A stretch of 64,000 nt of DNA, taken from Pseudomonadota bacterium (GTDB lineage: Bacteria; Pseudomonadota; Alphaproteobacteria; Reyranellales; Reyranellaceae). Position 1 is the stretch's first letter. Each line of letters opens with the position of its first letter. The stretch is taken from positions 19,227 through 83,226 of the forward strand of contig JBMONG010000017.1 of NCBI GenBank assembly GCA_049323495.1. Reading direction: 5' to 3'. The notes under the pieces were generated by a model. That model was not told the origin of the DNA. It made no database searches and saw nothing but the letters and a program-made list of their open reading frames with translations. This document shows positions 18,234-26,905 of this stretch, one piece after another. The translations under genes were made by a program, and so were the position numbers.

Positions 18234-19373
18234 TCAGCGGCTCGGCAGTTCGACGATGCCGGTGCCGAGGATCGACAGCTCCTCGTCCTGGTTGCGCGCC
18301 TCCTGCTCGACCTCGACCAGGTGCCGTCCGTCCTCGACGTACTTGCGCGTCACCTTTCCCTTGATGAACAGCAGGTCGCCTTCGGGATTGTGGCGACGGA
18401 TCTTGCAGGTGGCCTTGCGCAGGAAGCCGTCGTCTCCCATCCAGTTCGTCATGTGATGAGTGAGCCACGACGCGCGCTCCGGACCGTAGTCGTAGGCGCC
18501 CGGCGCGCCGACCTCGAGGGCAAACGCCTCCTCCCAATGCACGCGCTCGGGGCAGTCCGGAATGCCGAAGCGGTTCTTGATCCCGAGGCCGGGATGCGCA
18601 TCGATGAGCTTCCACGCGAGCTTGTTGGCGCGGATATAGAGGCCACCCCAGCCCTGGGCGTAGGCGATGAAGCCCGTCGCCGTCATCGGCCCTTTGGCCA
18701 TCGTCGGCAGCGCCTCGCCTTCGGACACGTCCTGCCAGTAACGCGGCCTGGAACCACGGATCTCTTCGCCCGCGTAGAGCTTGTAGACGCGCTCCAGCTC
18801 CTCGTCGGTGTAGCGGCGCGGCGGCCGCGCCTTCACCTCCTTGTATTTCGTGCCCTTCTCGCGCGCCGAATCGCGTTCGGTCCGGAAGCACCAGCTGTCG
18901 GCATCGGCGACCAGCTCGCCCTTCTGGTTGAAGAAATCCACATGATAGATCTGCTGGACGGCGCGGCCGGCGAAGCGGGTCTCGTGGACGACCAGATCCT
19001 TCAGCCACGCCTCCGTCGTGATCTCGTCGTTGCGATGCACGGTCCGGTGCCAGTTCCAGTCCGAGCCGGACCACATGGCGTGGACACCCGGCAGGCCGCC
19101 CACATAGCCGGAGACGATGCGGCTGGTGGCGAACAGGAAGCTCGGCAACGCGATCACATCGCCGAACCGCGTCTTGCGCGCATATTCGGGCACGCACCAC
19201 AGCGGATTGTCGTCGCCGATGCCGTGGGCATAGTGCCGGATGTTGTCGCGCGTGGCCTCGTGGCACCACGGTTCGGCCGTGACGCCGATCTTGACGCCGA
19301 TGCGCTGGCGCAGCTCATCCAGCCCTTTCTCGGTGATCTTCGGAAAGCTGCGTTCCATCGTGCTGACCGACAT
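18234..19373 (-). CDS. MaoC/FAS1-like acyl dehydratase (double hot-dog)
   Basis: 379 aa. IRHYAHGIGDDNPLWCVPEYA resembles the MaoC_dehydrat_N motif. Operon context is an acyl-CoA ligase. The start is M1 (19373) or M6 (19358). Confidence 0.75.
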   Translation of the reverse strand: MSVSTMERSFPKITEKGLDELRQRIGVKIGVTAEPWCHEATRDNIRHYAHGIGDDNPLWCVPEYARKTRFGDVIALPSFLFATSRIVSGYVGGLPGVHAMWSGSDWNWHRTVHRNDEITTEAWLKDLVVHETRFAGRAVQQIYHVDFFNQKGELVADADSWCFRTERDSAREKGTKYKEVKARPPRRYTDEELERVYKLYAGEEIRGSRPRYWQDVSEGEALPTMAKGPMTATGFIAYAQGWGGLYIRANKLAWKLIDAHPGLGIKNRFGIPDCPERVHWEEAFALEVGAPGAYDYGPERASWLTHHMTNWMGDDGFLRKATCKIRRHNPEGDLLFIKGKVTRKYVEDGRHLVEVEQEARNQDEELSILGTGIVELPSR

Positions 19374-20925
19374 GAGCGTTTTCCCTCGTACGTAGAATCT
19401 TTCTGTTGACCTTGCCGGCCGGGGTCTTCGGCAGTTCGCTGACGAACGCCACGAGGCGCGGATATTCGTGCTGGCTCAGCCGCTGGCGCACCAGCTCCTG
19501 GATTTCGCGGGCAAAGGCCTCGTCGCCTCTGCGCTCGGCGACGACGAAAGCCTTGACCACCTGCCCGCGCAACGCGTCGGGCACGCCGATGGCGCCCGCC
19601 TCGCGGACATCCGGATGCTTGAGGATCGCGTCCTCGATCTCGACTGCGCTCATGGTCCAGCCGGCCGAGATGATGACGTCGTCGGCGCGGCCGCCATGGA
19701 AGAAGTAGCCCTCCTCGTCCGTGCGACCGAGATCCTTGGTGGCGATCCAGCGGTCGCGACGCCACACCTTCATCTCGCCCGTGACGCCCGGCGGGCAGGG
19801 CTTCCCCTGCGCGTCGTGCACCTCGACGCGCGCGCCCGGAATGGGCTTGCCGAGCGAACCGGCCTTCACCGGGAAGTCAGCCGCCCCTGGATAGCTCACC
19901 AGGATCACGCCGATCTCGGTGGTGCCGTACATGCTGCACGCCGGGACGCCGAACGTGGCTTGGACGAAGGCGGCGGTTTCGCTGTCGATCGGCTCGCCGG
20001 TGAACGACGCCTTTTCGATCGCGTAGCGATGGCGCGGCGCGGTACCCGAGTTGCGCATCATGCGGTAGTGGGTCGCTGCGGCGGAGATGTTGGTGAATCG
20101 GTGCTCTGCCAACGCGCGCAGGAAACGCGCCGGGTCGAATTTCCCGGCATAGGCGCCGATCGTCAGGCCGAGCGCGAGGGGTGCCAGCGTGCCGTGCCAC
20201 AGGCCGTGTCCCCAGGCCGGCGACGAGGGACAGATGAACCGGTCGCCGGGCCGCAGCCCGGTCCCGTAGAGCGCCGCCACCATCAGCGTGACGACGGCAC
20301 GGTGCGTATGCCTCACCGCCTCCGGCAATTCGCGCGTCGTGCCGGATGTGTACTGGAAGATCGCGAGATCATCCGCCTTCGTGCAGGCCTCGAACGTCGC
20401 CGGCAGCCGCTCCAGCTCCTCCATGAAGGCTGCATCGGCCACGGCCACAGGGACGCCGCCCCTGGAGCCCAGATCAGCCGCCTTCTCCGCGCTCGTCACG
20501 AGCAGGCTTGGCGTGCAGTCGTCGATGCGCAGCCTGACGCCGTCCGGCCCGAAAAGCGTGAAAAGAGGTACGGCGACCGCTCCCGCCTTCATGGCGCCGA
20601 ACACTGCCATGTAGAAGGCACGTGAGGGCTCCAGCATGATGGCGATCCGGTCGCCCGGCGCCACGCCGCGCGAGCGCAGCCAGTGGGCGAAGCGTGCGGA
20701 GTCCTCGGAGATCCCGCGATAGCTCAGCGTTTCCTCGCCGCCCTCGGCGCGAATGACGATGACCGCCGTCCGCTCGCACCCGGCGTGCCGGTCGATGCAT
20801 TCGTGCGCGATGTTCAACGCGCCGCGATCGCCCTCGAACAGTTCCCAGAGCTTCGCCGAGGAGAAGTGCGCCTGGGCGTCGGCATAGGTCGTGTAGGCGG
20901 TGAGGCGCGTCATCGCGCAAGACAT
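19315..20925 (-). CDS. AMP-binding acyl-CoA synthetase
   Basis: AMP-binding motifs FQYTSGTTRELPEAV, YGTTE, GRTDEEGYFFHGGRADDVIISAGWTMSAVEIE and LPKTPAGKVNRKILR. Its 3' end overlaps the downstream dehydratase start. Confidence 0.85.
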   Translation of the reverse strand: MSCAMTRLTAYTTYADAQAHFSSAKLWELFEGDRGALNIAHECIDRHAGCERTAVIVIRAEGGEETLSYRGISEDSARFAHWLRSRGVAPGDRIAIMLEPSRAFYMAVFGAMKAGAVAVPLFTLFGPDGVRLRIDDCTPSLLVTSAEKAADLGSRGGVPVAVADAAFMEELERLPATFEACTKADDLAIFQYTSGTTRELPEAVRHTHRAVVTLMVAALYGTGLRPGDRFICPSSPAWGHGLWHGTLAPLALGLTIGAYAGKFDPARFLRALAEHRFTNISAAATHYRMMRNSGTAPRHRYAIEKASFTGEPIDSETAAFVQATFGVPACSMYGTTEIGVILVSYPGAADFPVKAGSLGKPIPGARVEVHDAQGKPCPPGVTGEMKVWRRDRWIATKDLGRTDEEGYFFHGGRADDVIISAGWTMSAVEIEDAILKHPDVREAGAIGVPDALRGQVVKAFVVAERRGDEAFAREIQELVRQRLSQHEYPRLVAFVSELPKTPAGKVNRKILRTRENAHVGQHDGTQLSEDHRERAG

Positions 20926-20943
20926 TCGTCCAGCAGGCTGGAG

Positions 20944-20977
20944 TTGTACAGAAGAATCTTATATTGTCTCTATACAA
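20944..20977. promoter_or_regulatory. candidate IclR operator / divergent promoter region
   Basis: An AT-rich 51-bp divergent spacer holds the imperfect inverted repeat TTGTACAG (20944-20951) and CTATACAA (20970-20977), matching at 7 of 8 positions. Confidence 0.25.
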
Positions 20978-21729
20978 TGACAACCATTCGCGCCGTTCCC
21001 GCCGTCACCCGTGCCGTTGCCATCCTCCGCCTGCTTGGCCGCAACCGCGCGCCGATGGGGGTGAAGGCCATCGCCGAATCGCTCGGGCTGGTTCCCAGTA
21101 CGGCGCTGCACATCCTGCGCGCGCTGGTCGCGGAGGAGCTGGTGAAGGTCGATGCCGCTACCAAGCGCTACAGCCTGGGCGGCGGGCTTCTGTCGCTGGC
21201 GCGGACTGCGCTGCAGGGCGACGACTTTCCGACCCGTGTCCAGCCGCACCTGGACGACCTGTCTCGACGTCATGGCGTCACCGCCATCGGTTTGGAGCTG
21301 CCCAACCTCGAGCACATGATCGTGGTGGCCCTGTCACGGGCACAGACGCCGCTGCGTCTCCATGTCGATGTCGGGAGCCGCTTCCCTGCGCTGATCAGCG
21401 CCACGGGCCGTTGCGTCGCCGCCTTCTCCGATCAGCCGCCGGCCGAGATCGAACGGCGTTTCCGCAGGCTGCGCTGGCACAATGCGCCGACCTACGAGAC
21501 GTGGCGCCGGGAGATCGAGGCCGTGCGCCGCCAAGGCTTCAGCATCGACCGCAGCAACTACATTGCCGGAGTCACCATCGTCTCGGTCCCGGTGCTGAAC
21601 GCTCGAGGGCCACTGGCGCACGCCCTGGCTGCCGTCGGCATCACCGACCAGCTCGAACGCACGCGCACCGTGGCGCTGGCGCACGACATGCAGAGGACTG
21701 CCCAGGCCGTCACCGCGAGCCTGGGATAG
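20977..21729 (+). CDS. IclR family transcriptional regulator
   Basis: ATG at 20977. N-terminal wHTH (AVAILRLLGRNRAPMGVKAIAESLGLVPSTALHILRAL) and a C-terminal IclR effector domain. Confidence 0.85.
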   Translation: MTTIRAVPAVTRAVAILRLLGRNRAPMGVKAIAESLGLVPSTALHILRALVAEELVKVDAATKRYSLGGGLLSLARTALQGDDFPTRVQPHLDDLSRRHGVTAIGLELPNLEHMIVVALSRAQTPLRLHVDVGSRFPALISATGRCVAAFSDQPPAEIERRFRRLRWHNAPTYETWRREIEAVRRQGFSIDRSNYIAGVTIVSVPVLNARGPLAHALAAVGITDQLERTRTVALAHDMQRTAQAVTASLG

Positions 21730-21761
21730 AGACCGTCAGGGACTGCGGAAAAGCGTGCGGT

Positions 21762-22916
21762 TTACTCGAGGGTTTCGAGCAACCGCGTGCAAAGGTACGT
21801 GCGGGGCACCAGCGACGAGTAGTAGATCTGCTCGTTGGCGGCGTGTGCACCCTTGCCGTCGGCCCCCAGACCGTCGAGGGTCGGGATGCCGAGTGCTGCC
21901 GTGAAGTTGCCGTCGCTGCCGCCGCCGGTCAGCGGCACGTCCTTCAGCTCCTTGCCGATCTCGCGATAGATCGCCTGCGCCTTCTCGAACAACGCGCTGA
22001 TGCCCGCATCCTTCTGATAAGGCGGCCGGTTCATCTCGCCCTCGACCGTCAAGGTGACGTCCTTGCCGATCGGCTCGAGGTTCAGGAACCAGTGCGTCAT
22101 CTCCTCGGCGAGCTGCTGGCTCGGAACCCGCAGATCCACCTCGATCCGGCATTCCGCCGGCACGACATTGACGCCGGTTCCGCCCTGGATGAGGCCGACA
22201 TTGCACGTGATGCCCCGCGCGTAGTCGGTCTTGGCCTCGATGCGCATGATCTGCCTGGCCATCTCGTGGATGGCGCTGCGGCCGTCCTGGTGGCGCACGC
22301 CCGCATGGCTGGCCACACCTTTCACCGTCAGCGTGAAACGGCCCACTCCCTTGCGCGAGGTGACGACCCGATCGCCGTCCCGGCCAGGCTCCATCACCAG
22401 CGCATACTTGTGGCCCCGCGCCGCCTCCTCGATTCGTGCCCGCGACGTCGGGCTGCCGACCTCTTCCTCGGGAATGAAGAGAAACGTGACTGGAAGCCTG
22501 GTCCTCTTGCCCTGCCGGATGAGATGGCGCAGCGCATAGTAGGCGATGTAACCGCCCGCCTTCATGTCATAGATCCCGGGGCCGAACACGCTGTCGCCCT
22601 CGCGCCGGATCTTCAGTTCCTTCTCGATCATGCCGATCGGATGCACGGTGTCGAGGTGCGCGAGCACCAGGATGCCTTTGCCGTCGCCGTCGCTCATCTG
22701 CGGCGTCGTGCGGCACTCGAGGATGTCGCCGAAGCCGTTGCGGCCGGGAATGCGCTCCAGCTTGAGTCCGAGATCGCGGAACTGGCTCTCGACGTGATCG
22801 ACGACCTTGTTGACCGACGCCGCGTCGTGGCTGGGGCTCTCGATCGATACCCATTCGACGATGCCCGCGAGTACCTCCTCGGCGTCGATCTTCGGTTCGT
22901 TCTTGCGCTCGGCCAT
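21762..22916 (-). CDS. M20 family metallopeptidase (carboxypeptidase G2-like)
   Basis: ATG at 22916 (MAERKNEP). Motifs LAHLDTVHP, FIPEEEVGSP and GGSDGNF are typical of the M20 family. Confidence 0.85.
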   Translation of the reverse strand: MAERKNEPKIDAEEVLAGIVEWVSIESPSHDAASVNKVVDHVESQFRDLGLKLERIPGRNGFGDILECRTTPQMSDGDGKGILVLAHLDTVHPIGMIEKELKIRREGDSVFGPGIYDMKAGGYIAYYALRHLIRQGKRTRLPVTFLFIPEEEVGSPTSRARIEEAARGHKYALVMEPGRDGDRVVTSRKGVGRFTLTVKGVASHAGVRHQDGRSAIHEMARQIMRIEAKTDYARGITCNVGLIQGGTGVNVVPAECRIEVDLRVPSQQLAEEMTHWFLNLEPIGKDVTLTVEGEMNRPPYQKDAGISALFEKAQAIYREIGKELKDVPLTGGGSDGNFTAALGIPTLDGLGADGKGAHAANEQIYYSSLVPRTYLCTRLLETLE

Positions 22917-22979
22917 CGCACCATCACTCCAGCATTGGCAGCCGCGCCCGCCGACCACCGGCGGGCGCGGCCTGTCGAT

Positions 22980-23897
22980 TCAGATCGGATCCCAGGTGAA
23001 GTACTCGGGCGAGCGCTTCAGGTCGGTGAAGAAGGGCTTCATCGACGGGATCGCATGCTCGGCAATCGCCTCGAGCGTCCAGCCCTCCGAATTGTGCACC
23101 GAGCGCACCGGCCGATTGGCGTTGAACAGCATGATCTCGTTCATGCGCACGCCGAAGATCTGTGAGCTGATGCCCTCCGCGGCGTCGCTCAGCAGGAACA
23201 CCGACATCGGCGCGATCTTGGCCGGCGTCATCCGCTTTGAACGCTCGAGGCGGGCCTTCTGCGCTTCGGTGTCGGCGGGGATGGTGCCGATCATGCGCGT
23301 CCAGGCAAACGGCGAGATGCAGTTGGAGCGCACGTTGAAGGCCGCCATGTCCAGCGCGATCGACCGGGAAAGGCCGATGATGCCCATCTTCGCCGCCGAG
23401 TAGTTGGCCTGGCCGAAATTGCCGACGAGGCCGGACGTCGAGGTGAAATGCACGAAAGCGCCGGACTTCTGCTCCTTGAAGTAGTTGGCGGCGGCACGGC
23501 TCACATTGAAGGCGCCGTTGAGATGGACGTCGATCACCATCTTCCAGTCCATATGGCTCATGCGATGGAAGATGCGGTCGCGCAGGATGCCCGCGTTGTT
23601 GATGACCCCGTCGATCTTGCCGAAGTTCTCGACGGCGGCCTTCACCATGCGCTCGGCGCCCGCCGGATCGGCGACGCTGTCGCCGTTCGGCACCGCCTGG
23701 CCGCCCGCCGCCTTGATCTCGGCGCAGACCTTCTCGGCCGGCGTCGCGCTCCCGGAGCCCTCACCATCGACGGCGCCGCCGAGATCGTTCACCACCACCT
23801 TGGCGCCTTCCTTGGCCGCCAGCAGCGCCATCTCCCGGCCGATACCGCCGCCGGCACCGGTGACCAGAACGACCTTGTCCTTCAGCATGTTGGGCAT
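22980..23897 (-). CDS. SDR family oxidoreductase (MFE-2-type hydroxyacyl-CoA dehydrogenase-like)
   Basis: ATG at 23897 (MPNMLKDKVVLVTGAGGGIG), NNAGI and YSAAK catalytic motifs. I trimmed it from the fused ORF 22980..25196. Confidence 0.85.
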   Translation of the reverse strand: MPNMLKDKVVLVTGAGGGIGREMALLAAKEGAKVVVNDLGGAVDGEGSGSATPAEKVCAEIKAAGGQAVPNGDSVADPAGAERMVKAAVENFGKIDGVINNAGILRDRIFHRMSHMDWKMVIDVHLNGAFNVSRAAANYFKEQKSGAFVHFTSTSGLVGNFGQANYSAAKMGIIGLSRSIALDMAAFNVRSNCISPFAWTRMIGTIPADTEAQKARLERSKRMTPAKIAPMSVFLLSDAAEGISSQIFGVRMNEIMLFNANRPVRSVHNSEGWTLEAIAEHAIPSMKPFFTDLKRSPEYFTWDPI

Positions 23898-23923
23898 GTC
23901 CTTGTCCCTCTCCTTTCTCGTCT

Positions 23924-25138
23924 TCAGGAATCCAGTTTCGGGGCGTGCGGCCGCGGACGCAACAAGCGCGGGCTGAGCACGGCGCCCACGGCAAACGGCG
24001 CGAGCCCCACCACCAGCGGCATGGCGACGTAGCTGCTGCCGACCTGGGTCAGGATCGCCACGCTCACGGTGCCCATGGCTCCCATGCCCATCTGCGCCAG
24101 CCCGGCCAGCGACGAGGCGGTGCCGGCAAGCTTGGGGAAGAGGCCGACCGCGCCGGCATTGGCGTTGGCCACGATCATGCCGGTACCGAAGCCCAGGATC
24201 ATGTGCGGCACGACGATGGCCCACCAGGTGAGGATGCCGCAAAGCGACAGCACGGCCATCAGCGACAGTGCCGCGACGTGGAACCAGCCCGACGCGAGCA
24301 TGATCGAGAGGGGTGCGACGCGGCCGACAAGGCGGTTGTTGACGAAGGTGCCGAGCGTGAACCCGCCGACTGCCAGCAGCGCGATCAGCCCGAACTCCTG
24401 CGGCGAGAAACCCAGCTTCTCCTGCAGGATGAACGGCACGCCGGCCAGCATGCCGAAGTTCATCGCGAAGGCGAAGCCCAGCGTCAGGACGTTGCCGAGG
24501 AAATGAGGCTCCCGCAGCATCTCGGCCGAGCCGCGCAGCAGGCTCGACAGGTCGACGCGCTGGCTGCGATGCTTGTTGGTCTCGCCGAGGCCGAGGGTCG
24601 TGACGACCAGCAGGCTCAAGCCGAAGATGCCGACGAACCAGAAGGTCGCGCGCCAGCTCAGCCATTCCCCGAGAAAACCTCCCAGCGTCGGCGCCATGAC
24701 CGGGGCGATGTTCTGGCCAAGCGAGATCCAGCTCATGACGAGCGGCATCTCCTGGAAGCTGTAGGCGTCGCGCGTGAGGGCGCGGCCGATCACCGTGCCC
24801 GAGGCGGCGCCCAGCCCCTGCACGAGCCGCAGCCCGATCAGGCCGCCGATCGACGGTGCGAAGGAGCAGGCGAAGGTCGCCAGCGTGAAGAACAGCAGCC
24901 CGCCCAGCAGCACGGGACGGCGGCCATAGCGATCGCTCAGCGGTCCGTAGAAGAGCTGACCGAAAGCGAAGCCCAGCATGTAGGTGGTGAGCGTCAGCTT
25001 GACGCTTTCGGCGCTGGCGGACAGGTCGGATCCGACCCCCGGCATGACCGGGGTGTAGATGCTCATGGTCAGAGGACCGAAGCTGCCCAGCGCCACCAGA
25101 AGGGCGATGTAGCCGGCCGAGCGCGGGGCGATGGTCAC
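23924..25138 (-). CDS. MFS transporter, Bcr/CflA drug-resistance subfamily-like
   Basis: GTG at 25138 overlaps the stop of the upstream gene (GTGA). 12 TM segments and MFS motif A GPLSDRYGRRPVLL. Confidence 0.8.
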   Translation of the reverse strand: MTIAPRSAGYIALLVALGSFGPLTMSIYTPVMPGVGSDLSASAESVKLTLTTYMLGFAFGQLFYGPLSDRYGRRPVLLGGLLFFTLATFACSFAPSIGGLIGLRLVQGLGAASGTVIGRALTRDAYSFQEMPLVMSWISLGQNIAPVMAPTLGGFLGEWLSWRATFWFVGIFGLSLLVVTTLGLGETNKHRSQRVDLSSLLRGSAEMLREPHFLGNVLTLGFAFAMNFGMLAGVPFILQEKLGFSPQEFGLIALLAVGGFTLGTFVNNRLVGRVAPLSIMLASGWFHVAALSLMAVLSLCGILTWWAIVVPHMILGFGTGMIVANANAGAVGLFPKLAGTASSLAGLAQMGMGAMGTVSVAILTQVGSSYVAMPLVVGLAPFAVGAVLSPRLLRPRPHAPKLDS

Positions 25139-25875
25139 TTGCGTGTCGCTTCCGCAGCACCTTCCGCGCCGAAGTCGCCGCCCAGGGTACCGCCAATCGG
25201 CATCTCCTCCTGGGCGCGTGTCATGCGGGGATAGTAGTGGCGAAACGCCGACCGGATCTCGTCGAAGGGAATGTCGGCGAACACGCCGCGATAGGCGAGA
25301 TATTCCATGTGGCGGCGGCCCCCGAGATCGAACGGGTGGTAAAGCGAGTCCGCCACGCCGTCCCAGTCCAGCGGCTTCAATCCGAATCGCTCGGTCAGCT
25401 CTCGGTTGAAGGCCGGTGTCGCCTTCACCCACCTGCCCTCGAGCCACACCTCCGTGTAGCCGTGATAGTAGAAGACATCGCTGCCCATCAGCTCCGACAG
25501 GCGCTTGGTCGTCATGTGGTTGCGGACATCGGCGTAGCCCACCCGCGCCGGCAAGCCGATGGCACGGCAGACCGCCGCCATCAGCCCGGCCTTGTTCACG
25601 CAATAGCCGTGCCCGGCCGCGAGAGTGGAGCTGGCACGGTAGGCCTCGGGCCGCATGGGCGTGTTGTACGGGTCGTAGCGAACATCGTCTCGAACGGCAT
25701 AGTAGAGCCGCAGCGCCCTCTCGCGGTCGCCGCCCTGGCCGGCGACCCGCTCGGCGTAGGCCATGACTGCCGGATGGTCCGAATCGATCAAGGTGGCAGA
25801 CCGCCGGTAGGCCTCGAAGTCGGCGCCGTCGCGCACGACATTGTCACGGTCGGTCCGGAGCGAATCGTAGTCCAT
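25135..25875 (-). CDS. transglutaminase-like superfamily protein (cytoplasmic)
   Basis: Cys motif GHGYCVNKAGLMAAVCRAIGLPARVGY and His motif YYHGYTEVWLEGRWV. No signal peptide. Confidence 0.8.
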   Translation of the reverse strand: MDYDSLRTDRDNVVRDGADFEAYRRSATLIDSDHPAVMAYAERVAGQGGDRERALRLYYAVRDDVRYDPYNTPMRPEAYRASSTLAAGHGYCVNKAGLMAAVCRAIGLPARVGYADVRNHMTTKRLSELMGSDVFYYHGYTEVWLEGRWVKATPAFNRELTERFGLKPLDWDGVADSLYHPFDLGGRRHMEYLAYRGVFADIPFDEIRSAFRHYYPRMTRAQEEMPIGGTLGGDFGAEGAAEATRK

Positions 25876-25949
25876 GCAACCTGCTGTCTACTTCAACGAG
25901 GCCGGAAGCGCATTGGCCGCGATATGCATTCCACGCATGCGTTCGCCGC

Positions 25950-26408
25950 CTAGAGGGACGGCGGGGCGTCGTCGGACTTGATCAGAAAATGCGCATTCGC
26001 GGTGGCGACGGGCTTGGCGCGGTCGTCCTGCCAGGCTTCGGCGAAGACGTTGACCATGCGGCGTCCCTGCTTCGTGACCTTGGCCGAAGCAATAACGTCC
26101 ATGGGCCGCGCCGACCGCAGATAATCGACGGTGATATTGACGATCTTCGGCACCGTCTCGGTCTCCGTCTCCCACAGGAGGTGGAAAATGGCAGCCATTT
26201 CCAGCATGGCGCCCAGCGTGCCGCCATGGATCGCCGGCAGGAAGGTGTTGCCGATCAGCGACTCGTGGTAGCGCATGCGGGTCAGCAGCTCGCCGGTGCC
26301 GTTCTCCGGCGCGATCTTCATCCAGCGTGCATAGGGAATCGCTTCGGAAAGCCGGCCGACGTCGCCCGCGCGGCGAGCGTCGGCGAGACCGGACAGCAAC
26401 GCGCTCAC
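25950..26408 (-). CDS. PaaI-family hot-dog thioesterase
   Basis: GTG at 26408 overlaps the stop of the upstream paralogue (GTGA). IHGGTLGAMLE is a PaaI-type motif. Confidence 0.7.
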   Translation of the reverse strand: MSALLSGLADARRAGDVGRLSEAIPYARWMKIAPENGTGELLTRMRYHESLIGNTFLPAIHGGTLGAMLEMAAIFHLLWETETETVPKIVNITVDYLRSARPMDVIASAKVTKQGRRMVNVFAEAWQDDRAKPVATANAHFLIKSDDAPPSL

Positions 26409-26893
26409 GGCTTGCCCTCCAGTCCGGCAACCCCCGGCCGGTTTGCCTGGCCCTTGGTCCCCAGCATGAACGTGCCGGCCGCGGCGGCGATCGGATCCTT
26501 GGCATCGCCGTGATGCGCGATGGCGCGGGTGAAGGCGACCGACCGGGTGATGCGGTAGCACTCTGCCTCGGCGATGACCGCTTCCCGCGGCGTCGCCGGC
26601 CGCACGTAGTCGATGCGCAGGTCGAGCGTCGCGAACGGCGCCGGCTCCTGCAGCATGGTCGCCACGGACATGCCGCAGCAGCTGTCCATCAGGGCCGTCA
26701 GCGGACCCCCCGCCAGCACGCCGGTCTCGGGATTGCCGACCAGCTCCTCCCGCCAGTCGAGCTGCATCGAGCCGAAGCCGCGCCGCACGGCCAGGATCTT
26801 GAGCCCCAGCGCCTTGCTGTGAGGGATGGCGTCCGAGAACCACTGCTGGAAGAAGGCGATCCGCGCCGCGGGGTCGCTGAATAGACTGCTCAT
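26405..26893 (-). CDS. PaaI-family hot-dog thioesterase
   Basis: 162 aa with LAGGPLTALMDSCCG, a hot-dog pattern. It lies downstream of an acyl-CoA dehydrogenase. Confidence 0.75.
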   Translation of the reverse strand: MSSLFSDPAARIAFFQQWFSDAIPHSKALGLKILAVRRGFGSMQLDWREELVGNPETGVLAGGPLTALMDSCCGMSVATMLQEPAPFATLDLRIDYVRPATPREAVIAEAECYRITRSVAFTRAIAHHGDAKDPIAAAAGTFMLGTKGQANRPGVAGLEGKP

Positions 26894-26905
26894 GATGCGT
26901 GCCTT

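Noticed and set aside
20964-23165. 733-aa + strand ORF. The same applies to other long shadows at 799..2547, 31697..33853, 33741..35156, 34766..36376 and 46714..49125.
   Set aside because: Each overlaps motif-supported genes in another frame or on the other strand, and each has low-complexity RAGP-rich translations. These are high-GC artefacts.
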